A stretch of DNA of 64,000 nucleotides, from assembly GCA_040772485.1 (NCBI GenBank), contig JAXGYC010000007.1:64001-128000 (forward strand), written 5' to 3'. Numbering within the stretch: position 1 is the first letter of the stretch; each line of letters begins with the position of its first letter. This stretch comes from Sedimentisphaerales bacterium (lineage in GTDB: Bacteria > Planctomycetota > Phycisphaerae > Sedimentisphaerales > Anaerobacaceae). Positions 49,420 through 60,183 of this stretch are shown in pieces. The notes under the pieces are model-generated. The model ran no database searches, was not told the DNA's origin, and saw only the letters and a list, made by a program, of their open reading frames with translations. The translations under genes were made by a program, and so were the position numbers.

Positions 49420-49449
49420 ACTGTACCACCGGCTTACCCAGTTTGTCAA
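49420..49449 (-). promoter_or_regulatory. sigma70 promoter TTGACA-N18-TACAGT with extended -10 TG
   Basis: Read directly; -10 lies ~45 nt upstream of ATG 49376. Confidence 0.65.
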
Positions 49450-49570
49450 GGGCCAGTTCGCTGATTTTGACGATTTTTTCTACAAAGCCTCCCCTTCCGC
49501 CATCTCTCGGACGCCGGAAGGGGCCAAGCTATGTATTATTCGTTGTATGAAAAGGACTTACGGCGACAGA

Positions 49571-50164
49571 CTACTTCGCGGTGCGTCTCCGCAGCCGAGC
49601 GCTCGCCACACCCAGGCCCAGAACACCCAGCAGCACCGCCCCTGGAACGGGAACCGGAGCGACGCGAACCAGCATGTCCTGGGCGAGACCCTGGCCCGGA
49701 GCCTGAGTCCAAAGATTCATCACCATGACATCGGCGGCACTGCCCGCGATGCTATTCAGGTAGTTCTGTGATCCCCCTTCTTCTTCCTGGTACCACAGGG
49801 CATTCTGAACATCGTTCGCGTTCGTCTCAGTGTGCGCCAGCGTATCCAGCCAGTAGTTGTATATCCTCTTGCTCTGGTCGTCGAGAAGATCTCCCGCCGG
49901 GCCTACCCCACCCTCTACCGCCCTGTCGCTGAGAGTCACCCAGTACTCGCCGTCAAGCTCGACGGTCTCGATGAGTTCGAGGCAGAAGGTGCTGATGAAA
50001 TCACCTTGCTCGTAGATGCCGATAGGGCTGTCCAACACCTCAGCAAGAAACTCGCCGCCAGTGGTGTTGCCAACGCCGTTGTGGATCTTGACCTTCATGT
50101 CTGCCAATGCCGGCACCGCCAACATGGACGCCACGACCACTGCCAAAACCGATCTCTTCACCAT
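49571..50164 (-). CDS. PEP-CTERM-like sorted surface protein
   Basis: Signal peptide; GGEF, TFCLE, QNALW; tail VPVPGAVLLGVLGLGVASARLRRRTAK. Confidence 0.92.
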   Translation of the reverse strand: MVKRSVLAVVVASMLAVPALADMKVKIHNGVGNTTGGEFLAEVLDSPIGIYEQGDFISTFCLELIETVELDGEYWVTLSDRAVEGGVGPAGDLLDDQSKRIYNYWLDTLAHTETNANDVQNALWYQEEEGGSQNYLNSIAGSAADVMVMNLWTQAPGQGLAQDMLVRVAPVPVPGAVLLGVLGLGVASARLRRRTAK

Positions 50165-50313
50165 ACCCCTGCCTGCCTTCCTCATTCAATTGACCGTACC
50201 AGCGCCTCTCTTGGCTCCGCGCAAACACACACACGCCTGTATTTTATCCGTTAATCTGGGAAAGCACAAGCAGAATTACGATGTTAGGATAGGATATTTT
50301 CTCCGTGTGGCGA

Positions 50314-51270
50314 TCACGTTGCCCCAATCTTGCGGCGTCCTATAACAACGGCTTTCCGGGGCTTGGGGTCGGCCTGGGTCAGTGCGGCGAGGAGCCAGAG
50401 CTGGCCGAACATGAGCATGACGGCGGCCGGCATCATCACCAGACCGGCGAAATCGTGAAAGAATTTTTCAGCTGTCTCCGTGCTGGCGTGCAGGAAAAGG
50501 ACGGCTGTTGCGACGAGGCGGAGGACATTGCACAGTACGGCTACGGGGATACTGGACAAGACGAGAACGGTCTTTTGCCACGTGGGGCGCTTGACCATGT
50601 AGGCAACGAAGGCGGCGACGATGATGAAGGCGGTCAGCATACGCAGGCCGCTGCACGCCTCCGCGACCGCCATCGGGATCCGCCCGTCGAGCGTGACCAC
50701 GTTGCCCTGCTGGCTGACGCGGACGCCGAACGCCTCCAGGACGAACACCGAGCCGGTGGAGGCGAAGCTCTGGAGCGGGCCGTTGATGAGGTTGTGGATG
50801 CGGCCGGGCAGAGGGACCATCAGGAACAAAAACAGCAGAATCCATTTGACCCGCCAGAAGACCTCGGTCCCGGCCACCAGCAGGACCAGGGCCACGATGG
50901 TCAGCACGAGCGAGTAACGGTCGGCCGATTCGAACAGGAACAGCACGCCATAGGCCCGCGCCGCCTGCGCCAGGAGCAGCAAGGCCAACCCGCCCGCCCA
51001 GCACGGCCGCAATGTCAGGTCAGCCAGGCGTTTGCGAGCCACCCAGACGAAGAAGAGGGCCACCAGAGGCACGAGCTGCCCGGCCGAGTAGTCGTCGTCC
51101 CGCTGCCACTCCTTGAAGAGGTCCACGATGGTTGGCCAGTAGGCCCAGCCGGTCAGCAGCGCCAGAAGCGCTATGACCGGGATCAGCCTGGCGGCGGACT
51201 CGGACAGCAGACCCTCGTCGGATCGTGCTGCGGCCGCCCTGCGTCGAATGATACGTTCCACCACGTTCAT
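50314..51270 (-). CDS. Exosortase
   Basis: Multi-TM; catalytic Cys (VAEACSGLR), Arg (NVLR), His (FFHDFAG). Confidence 0.95.
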   Translation of the reverse strand: MNVVERIIRRRAAAARSDEGLLSESAARLIPVIALLALLTGWAYWPTIVDLFKEWQRDDDYSAGQLVPLVALFFVWVARKRLADLTLRPCWAGGLALLLLAQAARAYGVLFLFESADRYSLVLTIVALVLLVAGTEVFWRVKWILLFLFLMVPLPGRIHNLINGPLQSFASTGSVFVLEAFGVRVSQQGNVVTLDGRIPMAVAEACSGLRMLTAFIIVAAFVAYMVKRPTWQKTVLVLSSIPVAVLCNVLRLVATAVLFLHASTETAEKFFHDFAGLVMMPAAVMLMFGQLWLLAALTQADPKPRKAVVIGRRKIGAT

Positions 51271-51299
51271 TTCCCCTGTATGTCGAGAGGTCTGTTGTG

Positions 51300-52007
51300 T
51301 CAGTTTGAGCCGGCGGTCGGCTCCGGGCCGTGGAACAGCGCCGCAATCAGGGGCGCCGATCGGACGGCGAAATCGCCCGCCGAACGCATGGCAGCTTCCG
51401 CCGGCGCGCCCTCGGCGATCCCGACGACGACCTGGACCTGGGCGATGTACCCGATTCGTGTCCACAGCAGTTTGTAGCGCCACTCCGACACGTCGCGGCA
51501 GTACTGGCCGTCGACGAGGTAGTAGTACAGGACGAAGACCCTGTTGTTGTTCAGGACGCCCCGTGAGAACTGCATCGCGTTGCAGGGCAGCACGCCGCCG
51601 TCATCGAGCGGCAAATCGGGCAGTTCGTGCTTGACGAGCGTATAGCCGCTGCCGACATAGCAGACTTCCGGACGGTGCGGCATCAGGTCGCGGGCCCGCA
51701 CGCCCGAGGCGATCCACAGCGAGACCGCCCCGAAGCCGGTGTTGGAGACGTACTGGCGGCTCACGTGCGCATCGGTGTCGGTGGCCTCGATGATATTCGC
51801 ATCGACCGCCGTATCGCGGCCGGTCCAGCCGCCGATCTCCAGCGGCAGGCGGTCCAGCGACTCCTGCGAGACCGGCGTCGTGTTGACCGGTGCCGCCATC
51901 TTCGCCTCCACCGCGCGATAGCCCAACCCGAACAGCAGCATCAGGCCCCCCGCCACCGCCGCAGCCACCGTGGCCCGGCGTGAGGAGGACAGGTTCTTCT
52001 CAGTCAT
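51300..52007 (-). CDS. epsI: Exosortase-associated EpsI family protein
   Basis: LPLEIGGWTG, SRQY, HRPEVCY.GSG, VLYYYLVDG. Confidence 0.88.
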   Translation of the reverse strand: MTEKNLSSSRRATVAAAVAGGLMLLFGLGYRAVEAKMAAPVNTTPVSQESLDRLPLEIGGWTGRDTAVDANIIEATDTDAHVSRQYVSNTGFGAVSLWIASGVRARDLMPHRPEVCYVGSGYTLVKHELPDLPLDDGGVLPCNAMQFSRGVLNNNRVFVLYYYLVDGQYCRDVSEWRYKLLWTRIGYIAQVQVVVGIAEGAPAEAAMRSAGDFAVRSAPLIAALFHGPEPTAGSN

Positions 52008-53203
52008 CTCACTTGCCCTTGTGTCGTGTCAGAACCGACGGAACAAAGCATGTACTGCGTCAGCGCGTGGAACACCCACGCCTGCGCCCATCTCATGTAC
52101 GGAATCCTGTTGGTGAAGTAGCGCGTTCGTCGCGAGTAGAAATAGCCCCGGGGACTGCGCATGTTGCGGAGCATCCACGTCAGGACGCGCTCCGTCAAGT
52201 CGCGCCACGCCGGTCGCATCGCGGAGAAGAAACTGATCGCCTCCGCGGCCGCGTGGATGTCGATCGGATAGACGCGGTCGTGGTAGTACTTCGGCGTGCC
52301 ATCGTCGAGGAAGAAGTGATCCGCGTAGTAGCGGACCCCTCTGTCGTACGCCTGGCGATACCGTGCGGCGTCGCTTTGATCCAGAAAGTACCGCAGCGCC
52401 TCGAGATTGAAGCCGGTGTGGAACGAATCGATCCAGCGGTAGGACCGCGCGTTTCCATAGTACCAGGACCCATCCTCCTGCTGGTATCGCATGGAGTACG
52501 CCAGACTGGACCACGCCGCATCCTCACAGGCGGAATCCGAAGCGTGTTCCGCCAGCCGGATGAGAATCGAGGCCCCCAGCATGTTGGCGTTGTGGACTAC
52601 GTCGGTGTCGACCGGAGTGTAGCTGAAGCAGAACGAATCTCCCTCGGCCGTCCGATGCAGGTCGTTCAGGAGGAACTCCTTGATCGGGACGGCCATGTCC
52701 AGGGCTTGTTGCAGACCGGTGTACGCGTAGCAGTCCAGCAGGGCATGGCCGATGAAGGACGTGTTGACGATCGTGGGGACGCCGCGCGGGCGGAAGAAGG
52801 CCCGCGACTGCCAGTCGAAGTTGTAACCCCAGGCGTTGCCGGAGCAATCGGCCGATTTCAGCCGGTCGAGCAGATCGAGCAGATAGCGTATCTTGTCGAG
52901 GTCTTCCTCCCGCTGATAGAGCTTGAAGAGCCTGGCGTATCCCCACAGGAACAGGCCGATCCCCTTGGGGTTGTGTCCCTTTTCGACCCCCAGCAGCGGT
53001 CGCAGGTTCACGGGGCAGCGGCGCAGGGCCTGGGTGAAAGCCATTCGAGCCCATTTCGATTTGCCGCTGATTCGTCGAATCAGCGGGCTGTTCAGGGCAT
53101 CGTAGGGATCGTAGCCGGCGTAGTCCGACGACTCCACGAAGCCCAGCAGACCGTTGAGGGCCTCGGTGACGTTCACCTCGGTTGGATTGGTCAATTGGAG
53201 CAT
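52004..53203 (-). CDS. EPS-locus conserved protein, probable (alpha/alpha)6 barrel
   Basis: GYDPYDALNSP, WGYNFDWQSR, VHNANMLGA, WIDSFHTGF, YMRWAQAW. Confidence 0.75.
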   Translation of the reverse strand: MLQLTNPTEVNVTEALNGLLGFVESSDYAGYDPYDALNSPLIRRISGKSKWARMAFTQALRRCPVNLRPLLGVEKGHNPKGIGLFLWGYARLFKLYQREEDLDKIRYLLDLLDRLKSADCSGNAWGYNFDWQSRAFFRPRGVPTIVNTSFIGHALLDCYAYTGLQQALDMAVPIKEFLLNDLHRTAEGDSFCFSYTPVDTDVVHNANMLGASILIRLAEHASDSACEDAAWSSLAYSMRYQQEDGSWYYGNARSYRWIDSFHTGFNLEALRYFLDQSDAARYRQAYDRGVRYYADHFFLDDGTPKYYHDRVYPIDIHAAAEAISFFSAMRPAWRDLTERVLTWMLRNMRSPRGYFYSRRTRYFTNRIPYMRWAQAWVFHALTQYMLCSVGSDTTQGQVR

Positions 53204-53210
53204 CGCTGCC

Positions 53211-53864
53211 TCAGCGCACGCCGATCAGTCGAGCGTGGGTGTATGCGATGGCCTCGGAGACGACCGTTCGAAATCCTTCGCTGTAGGCCCACCAGCGCTG
53301 CGGATCGTAGTCCTGCGGAGGGACCACGCAGACCCCCAATTCGAATGCATGCGGCAGGACCTTCCGGAATGTGAGGTAGCTTCTGCGGGCGTGGGGACCG
53401 GTGGTGACGAGATTGGCCCGCTTGACGTCGGGGTTCTTCTGCAACCATTCGCGGACTTCGAGAGCCGCCGCATAGGTCCGCCCCCTGTCCACGGCCTGGT
53501 AGGGAACGACCACGATCTGCTCCTCGTTGACGCCCAGCTTCGCCAGCGTCGCGGCCACCACTTCCGCGTTGTTCTTGTACGCGGACAAATGAGACCCCGC
53601 GCCGATCGGCCCGCCCGTGGCAAGGATCAACCGGTTCGGGCCCGCCGTGAGCATCGGCAGGCTCCGTTCGAGCGTGTGGTCCGGCACCCACCCTTCGGTG
53701 ATGAACACCTCGGCGTCGACCGCATTCTCATAGGCCAGGAACGGATAGGCACGATACACGCCCAGGAACGACAGCCCCACCATGGCCGCCACCAGCAGGA
53801 ACCAGCCCCGAAGCGTGGGCACGTAGATCTGTCTCTTGACGAAGAGCTTGAATCGAATACGCAT
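53211..53864 (-). CDS. YdcF/ElyC (DUF218) family protein
   Basis: N-terminal TM, EGW, TGGP, RTYAAA, HARRS. Confidence 0.8.
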   Translation of the reverse strand: MRIRFKLFVKRQIYVPTLRGWFLLVAAMVGLSFLGVYRAYPFLAYENAVDAEVFITEGWVPDHTLERSLPMLTAGPNRLILATGGPIGAGSHLSAYKNNAEVVAATLAKLGVNEEQIVVVPYQAVDRGRTYAAALEVREWLQKNPDVKRANLVTTGPHARRSYLTFRKVLPHAFELGVCVVPPQDYDPQRWWAYSEGFRTVVSEAIAYTHARLIGVR

Positions 53865-53918
53865 GCAGTAGATTCAGGGCTTTTGATCTAGGCCGCGTCA
53901 GACGGGATGAAATACAAC

Positions 53919-55052
53919 CTATCGGGGATTCTGACAGACTACGCTGGTCCTGGGAGCGCCGTTCATGTCTCGAATCACCTCGGACATGCTGCGGAACCTG
54001 ACGTCGCCGCTCTCGCCGAGTCGAGCGAGAAACCGCTCGAAGTGTCTGTCGTTGACGAAGTCTTTGGTGTGTCCGATCAACACAAGAGGCCCGCCGCCGC
54101 ATCGGGCGTGCTTCTGCACCCGCCGCAGCATGTCCCGGCTGGACAACTTGCAGTAGTCGAACATGATGGCCTGACTGGTCAGCGCTCTCTTGAGCCCGCC
54201 GCGAAGCGATGGGACGGAACTGAACTTCTTCGCCTCGCTCTGCCCCGCGGAGCCAGAGCGTTCCGACCGCCTGCGTCTGAGCGCTGCGCGAACCGTTGTC
54301 CACTTGAGGTTCTTCCAGTACGGCTGTATCTCCGCGCTGACCGACAGCTCCAGCACGTGCTCGCCGGGTTTGCCTTCGGCGGTGAGGTCATCTTCCGTCG
54401 TCCACCACACGGTCTTGTCTGTGGTGACGTGTGAGTAATCGACCAGGGTGGCGCCTGTTGCGGCGACGGCCTTCCTGTACCCTTTCACGACGGAGCTGTC
54501 GCCTTTGAGTCCCAGTGCTTTCATAGCGGCAATGATCTGCCGCGACGGCTCCGCGCAAAAGCCGCCCGCGCGGAGGCAGATGCACTCGTAATCCGCCTTG
54601 ACCGGCCCGATCATGTCCTCCAGCGTGCTTTTGCCTTTGTGCAGCAGCCCGGTGATGGATGCCATCCGATCGTGATCCTCCGGATTATCGGACAGGTCGG
54701 CCAGCCGCCACCGGGACGTGTTCAACTGCCACGCACGCCCATCGTACACGGCGTCGATCCACTGAGGATGGAGATGCAGTTGGACGTCGTGACCTTGGGC
54801 GACCGCATCGGTCGCCTGCTTTCTCATCTCTTCGCACGGCGAGTAGCCCAGATTGCGGCGAAGCTGGGTGTCATAGCGCTCGAACGCCCAGTACTCCGCC
54901 ACTTCGAAGAAGATCGTCATCTTCGCGTGGTGCGCGTTGCAGAGACTCAGGATGCGATGGGCCGGCTCGACGACGTCTGTCCGGACGTCGCCCAAGCCGT
55001 TCCCGAATATCTCGTAGTCGAGGGTGAGAATGCAGTCGGTTGTCGCAGTCAT
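53919..55052 (-). CDS. Polysaccharide deacetylase-like protein
   Basis: LTLDYEIFGNG, GHDVQLHLHPQW, RAGG, DSSV. Confidence 0.82.
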   Translation of the reverse strand: MTATTDCILTLDYEIFGNGLGDVRTDVVEPAHRILSLCNAHHAKMTIFFEVAEYWAFERYDTQLRRNLGYSPCEEMRKQATDAVAQGHDVQLHLHPQWIDAVYDGRAWQLNTSRWRLADLSDNPEDHDRMASITGLLHKGKSTLEDMIGPVKADYECICLRAGGFCAEPSRQIIAAMKALGLKGDSSVVKGYRKAVAATGATLVDYSHVTTDKTVWWTTEDDLTAEGKPGEHVLELSVSAEIQPYWKNLKWTTVRAALRRRRSERSGSAGQSEAKKFSSVPSLRGGLKRALTSQAIMFDYCKLSSRDMLRRVQKHARCGGGPLVLIGHTKDFVNDRHFERFLARLGESGDVRFRSMSEVIRDMNGAPRTSVVCQNPR

Positions 55053-55134
55053 GGTCGGCTTGGGGACAATGCGTCTGTCGCAGAAACAGGCTGGGTCGGC
55101 GACTCCAGGATGCGATGCCGCAGATGCGGCGCGC

Positions 55135-58100
55135 TTACGCGCACTTTCGCTTTCGGTCTCTCCGGCGGAGAAGGATCATGTAGATCGTCAATGCCGCGTA
55201 GGGAAGCAGGAATGCAATGACACTTTCGCGGGATGCGTGGGACAGCGAGCAACCGCCGCCGCCTCCGCCACCACCACCCCCGCCGCTGCTGCCGCCGTCG
55301 TCCCCATCCCATGTGCCGTCGCCGTCTTCGTCGACGAAGGATTCGAGCAGATAGTACGGCGTGAAGTGGGTCGTTCGGAAGCGAAGCGCCTTGAGCGTGT
55401 CGCTCAAATCCACGACCTGGATATTCGTTATGTTCTGCTGGCTGAGCGTCCCGGTCTGAGAGACGTACCAGCATGGCACGGGTGTGCCGCCGCTGTAGTC
55501 GGCCGCCGGATAAGGAATGGTCACCGTCACCGGCTGGTTGAACTGAAGACCGCTCGGTCCGAAATCGTAGGATAGCACGTTCGACGACAAAATGGACTGC
55601 GGATTGAGCAGTCGCGCAATGGTTATCGTGACATCGTGCGGGCACGCCCCGGCGGGAATCACCACGGAGACATCGTTCAGCGAGGCAGGCGGAACGACGC
55701 CGATGGTCCGACCGGTCGAGGCGGTCACCAATTCGGATTCGAGCAGGTCCGGAGCCATGTACGTGCTGCCGGCGTAATAGATGTACTCCGCGACGTTGCG
55801 GCTGTCGGTCCAGAGCAGGTACGGATGCCCGTAGCGATCTACTCCCATCGCCGGCTCGCTCTGGTCCGATCCGGTTCCGCTGTCACCCACGAGGACGTTC
55901 GTCCCCTGGCCCGCCGAGACGTCCACGAAATACAGGTCCGTATCGCGGCCGCTTGCGTTGGCGTTTCTCTCGTCAGTCCAGCACAGGAAGACCCTCAGGT
56001 TGTCGCCGGTACTGCCGGCCACGGCAATCGAGGGCGCCGTCTGGTCGGCCCCGGAGGTGTCATCCACGATGTTCGCCCCGGCCAAAGGACTGCCGGGCAT
56101 CCCATCTGAGGATGCATAGCGGATGGTCGCGTCCGTCCCCGCATCATCGACCCATGCGAAATGGAGGACCGTCCCGGCCGACTCGGTCGCAACGACGGGA
56201 GCCGACTGGCTGCCGGCGCCCGTTGCCACAGCCACATTCGTCCACGGACCGCTGTTGGATGCGACGCCGTAGACATCGTTCGTTCCGTTGCGGCCGTCCG
56301 TCCAGACCAGATACACGGTGTTCGACGCGTTCACAGCGATTGCGGGATCCGTCTGATCGGAGGCGTTCGTGGTGACCTGCGTGATCGTCTTGGTCGAGAA
56401 TGCGTTGCTGGAGGTCGCGATATAGATGTCCTGATTGCCCGCGCCGTCGTCCTGCCAGGCAACGCAGGCGCGATTGGGCGATTGCGAATCGACGGCGATC
56501 GCAGGGCGAATCTGGTTGTCGTCGGAATCGGTGATTCGCGTTTCCGCCGACCAGGTCAAGCCGTCGCCGGAGGTCCGGATGTAGATATCCCAGTTTCCTC
56601 GTCGACGGTCCTGCCACACGACGTACAGAGTATCGTCGCTGCCGATCGCGATGGCCGGAAAGCACTGGTCGCTGCTGTCGGTGGTCAACTGGATCGGGCC
56701 TGCGAAGTTGGCGTTGCCCAGGGTCAGCTTGCTGACGTAGATGTCCCGCTGGCCGGCGGCGCCGGCGTGGTAGGCGAGCCAGATGTTGCCAGCGCTGTCG
56801 CAAACCGTTGCCGGACTGGTCTTGTCAACATCGTCCGGGGCCCAACTGGCCGGGTGGTTGTCGCCGAATACCCGCATCTCCGTGGTGAACGAACAATTGT
56901 ACGGCGTCATGGCGTTGCCGGCCAGGTCCGATGCCGTGACGCGGACCGATACCTGCTGGTCAAAACGGAATGCCTCGGCCGGCTGGTAGGCGTAGCGGTA
57001 GCTGGCCTGCGTCCCCGTGCGGCGGCAGACGCCGTAGACGCTCTGGTAGCTTGCCGCGTTGCCCGAATAGACAAGTTGATCGTTGACGCGGATCGTCACG
57101 GTGCCGGCGTCGACGCCCTGTCCGGCGTCGGAAACGGTCAGCCCGATCACCGGATTGACCGGGACCTGAATCGCATCCGCCGCCGGATAGCTGGCCGCCG
57201 CCGTCGGAGCCGTGAGGTCCGGCGTGACGTTGGCCACTGTGATCGTGATCGGTTCGGAATCGGTCAGCTCGCCGTCGGTGACGGTGAACGTGACGGAATA
57301 GGTGCCGGCCTGCTCGTACGTCGGCACCCAGGTGAAGGTCTGGCCCGTGAAGTTGGCGCCCGACGGAAGGCCCGTGGCCGAGTAGGTCAGACTGTGCCCG
57401 TCTGAATCTGTGGCGCTGACCGAGAAGCTCAACAAAGAGCTCTCATTCACGTTCTTGTTGCCGATGGCTGCAAGGACCGGTGCATTGTTGACCACCTCGG
57501 CGACGGTGATGGCAATGGTCTGCGTCACGGGGATCTGACCGTCGGTGACGCCGAACGTGACCCAGTGCGTGCCGCCCTGTGTGTTCGTCGGCGTCCATGT
57601 GAACACCCGCGTCGCCGGCGTGAAACTGGCCCCCGCCGGAACTCCACTCGCCGAATAGGTCAGCGTGTCCCCATCGCCGTCCGAGGCCCCCACCGTGAAG
57701 GTGAGCGTCGCGTTCTCGGCTACGGCCTTGTCGCCGATCGCCTGAAACACCGGCGCGCGATTGCCGCTGCTCGCGGTGGCCGCCGATGCGATGTTCGACA
57801 GGTCCGCTATCGTGGTTCCGCTATCGTTGCTCGTCTTGATGCCGACGTAGTAGGTCGCGCCGGGATTCAGGCCGCTGATCGTGAACGACTGCGAGTCGCC
57901 CACGTCTTGCGGCTCCGGCTCGCCCTGCACCTGCGTAGCCGCATCCCAATTGGCCTGCGTGATGACGCTGGTAGCGTACCGAATGTCATACCGCCCCGGC
58001 CGATCCGAACTCCCATCCGCCCCCGGGATCGTCCACCCCACCGTCACCGAATTCTGACTCCCCCCGGAACCCGCCAAGTCCTCAACCGGCTCCAGCACAT

Positions 58101-60083
58101 ACTCATACGCCCCAATATCCCAGCCCCCCCCCTGCGGCCGCGGCCTCCCCGCAATATCCTTGCGAATATCGATCCCATACAACTCCTCAAACCGCGCAAA
58201 CACCTCCTCCACCACCCCATCCGCCGTCCCCGCCTCCATCGTAGGGCTACTCTCGAGCGGGCGAAAATTCCCTGCCGCAGCATCTGACAGAAGAGCATCT
58301 ACCTCAGAACACCCGATCCCCTCTCCCGTACCCGCCTGAAAGGCGCTGACACTATCGTAGTCGCCACCCCATATAATGCGAACACTGTTGTTGTGCTGGT
58401 GCAGTAGGCTGTGGCTCATTGTGGACCTTTCGGGTGTACCACTTCCAGCGGCAATCCACACGTGGGGGGGGAGGACTCCAAACTGCAGGCAGAAGTTGTC
58501 CGTAAGACTGCAGATGATGTTGTTAGTCAGGTGGACTTCTGAAGTAGGTCCTGCTTCCTGCAGGTTTCCCTAAGATCACACATTGTAGATGACATTATTT
58601 ATTACGTGCACGTCGAATGTCCTATACCCACCAATGGCATAGCCGCCGGACCAGGGGCTGTTCTCAAGCGGATCACCGGTAATGATATCATGAATCACGT
58701 TTCCTACGAGATAAACCACTTGGAGTCGTGGGTTCTGATTCCTCGGTCGCAATCGTAAACTTCATTGAACAAATGCCAAGCTCTCTCCTGGTAGGGGTAT
58801 TTCGGCGTTTCGTGGTCGGACTCTATCACGATGGCCGTTGCCATGGCCCCGACAGAGCCATGAATATCATAGAAGGCATTCTGTGAGGAAATGGTGTCCC
58901 AAGCAACTTTGGATACCATGCAGCATTCTCGGCAAGTATGAATCACGTTTCTCCCGACATAGGAGAAGGTGGGGGGGAACTGCGTGTTATCATCAATGCC
59001 ATACGTGTTGAGGTGGACACCCCCTCCATCGATGTTGTGAATATGGTTGTCCACAACCCACGTGCGATATGCATTATGATGGATGTAGACACCATAGCTG
59101 TCTTTTGGGTCCACTCCCTCTTCCCAGTAACTCCAATCCGTCTGGCCCATGTTGTAGATATGGTTACCGTAGACAACCACATCGCTTACGAGATTTGGGT
59201 CCTGATAACAGGCGTAGGCCCCATGTGGCCAACCTACATTGACGGCATGGCCCCGTACATCCTCTTTGTGTAGAATCGAATGACGAATAACAACATGGTC
59301 CGTCTTGTGACCGTCATAGCCAAGCGGCCAAATCTCGACGCCATTCTGAAAGTCCAGATGCTCTGCAACGAGAAAGGTACCCTCTGCCGAGATTCCTCTC
59401 GTCAGGACGCCAACAATTGCAGGTAGGGAACCCCCACCGCCTCGGAAGAAGACTGGCTTGTCCGCTGTGCCACAGCCCTGTATAGGGAGACGATAGTCTG
59501 CTTGCACAAGACCTTTTGTCTCCGTGGTGTAGGGGCCACCGTGGATCTCAACAACCGAGCCTTCCGGCACACCCAACGGGAGCGTCGCTCGCGGCTTGGC
59601 CGGTGTGCCGCATGCGTTTTCGCTATCGGTGGCGTTGGGATCGGTGTTGTCCACATAATGCGTGTAATACCCACCTTCCGTGTTCCGGTGATAGGTCAGG
59701 TCCGGGTTCCTGCTGGCTGGGTTGTCGTACATCCTATAGGTTTCGAAGATGCCGAATTCGGGCGTGGGGATTCCTATGGGCGGCTGCCAAGTCTTGAAGT
59801 TGGCGGTGATGGATTTGTTCGAATCCATCGTCACGCGACCGATGAGACGCTTGCCCCGCAGATCGCCGGACCAGTGGCTGAAGCAATATCCCGCCTCCGG
59901 CCGGGGAATCAATTCGACGGTCTCATCTTCATCGTACTGGGCTTTCACGGGAGTGATATCAACGGAGCCGTGATCAGCCGTTACGGTCAGGGTGTAGGCA
60001 GCCGCCTGTGCCTGTATCACCGTGCAACACGCGAGAAGCACGATTAGCCATGAGAATATTGGACCCTTTGCCCTCATGCACAT
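55135..60083 (-). pseudogene. Large surface protein (InlB-B-like repeat, beta-helix, FN3, Ig/cadherin-like repeats, propeller, ZU5-like, Gly-rich/Cys/TM tail), split by indels
   Basis: ORFs 58704-60116 and 55135-58461 are bridged by beta-helix text VYLVGNVIHD...VINNVIYN; frameshift near 58715 and stops at ~58570-58578; may be sequencing error. Confidence 0.75.
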
Positions 60084-60183
60084 TGTCCTTTTTCCTATAG
60101 TATAGATAACAATCACCCTCCAATGCTAACGGGTCTACTGGCGATTTGACCTCGGTAGTACCAGGCGAGTCTCTGCATGGGCT

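Noticed and set aside
46490..49660. Repeated ~60-bp tails considered as a CRISPR array or DGR template/variable repeats
   Set aside because: They are coding sorting signals spaced by whole genes; no cas or reverse transcriptase gene, and no adenine-specific mismatch pattern noticed
50314..51483. Exosortase start at 51483 as given in the ORF track
   Set aside because: Would overlap epsI by ~180 bp; ATG 51270 with a GGGG RBS fits better
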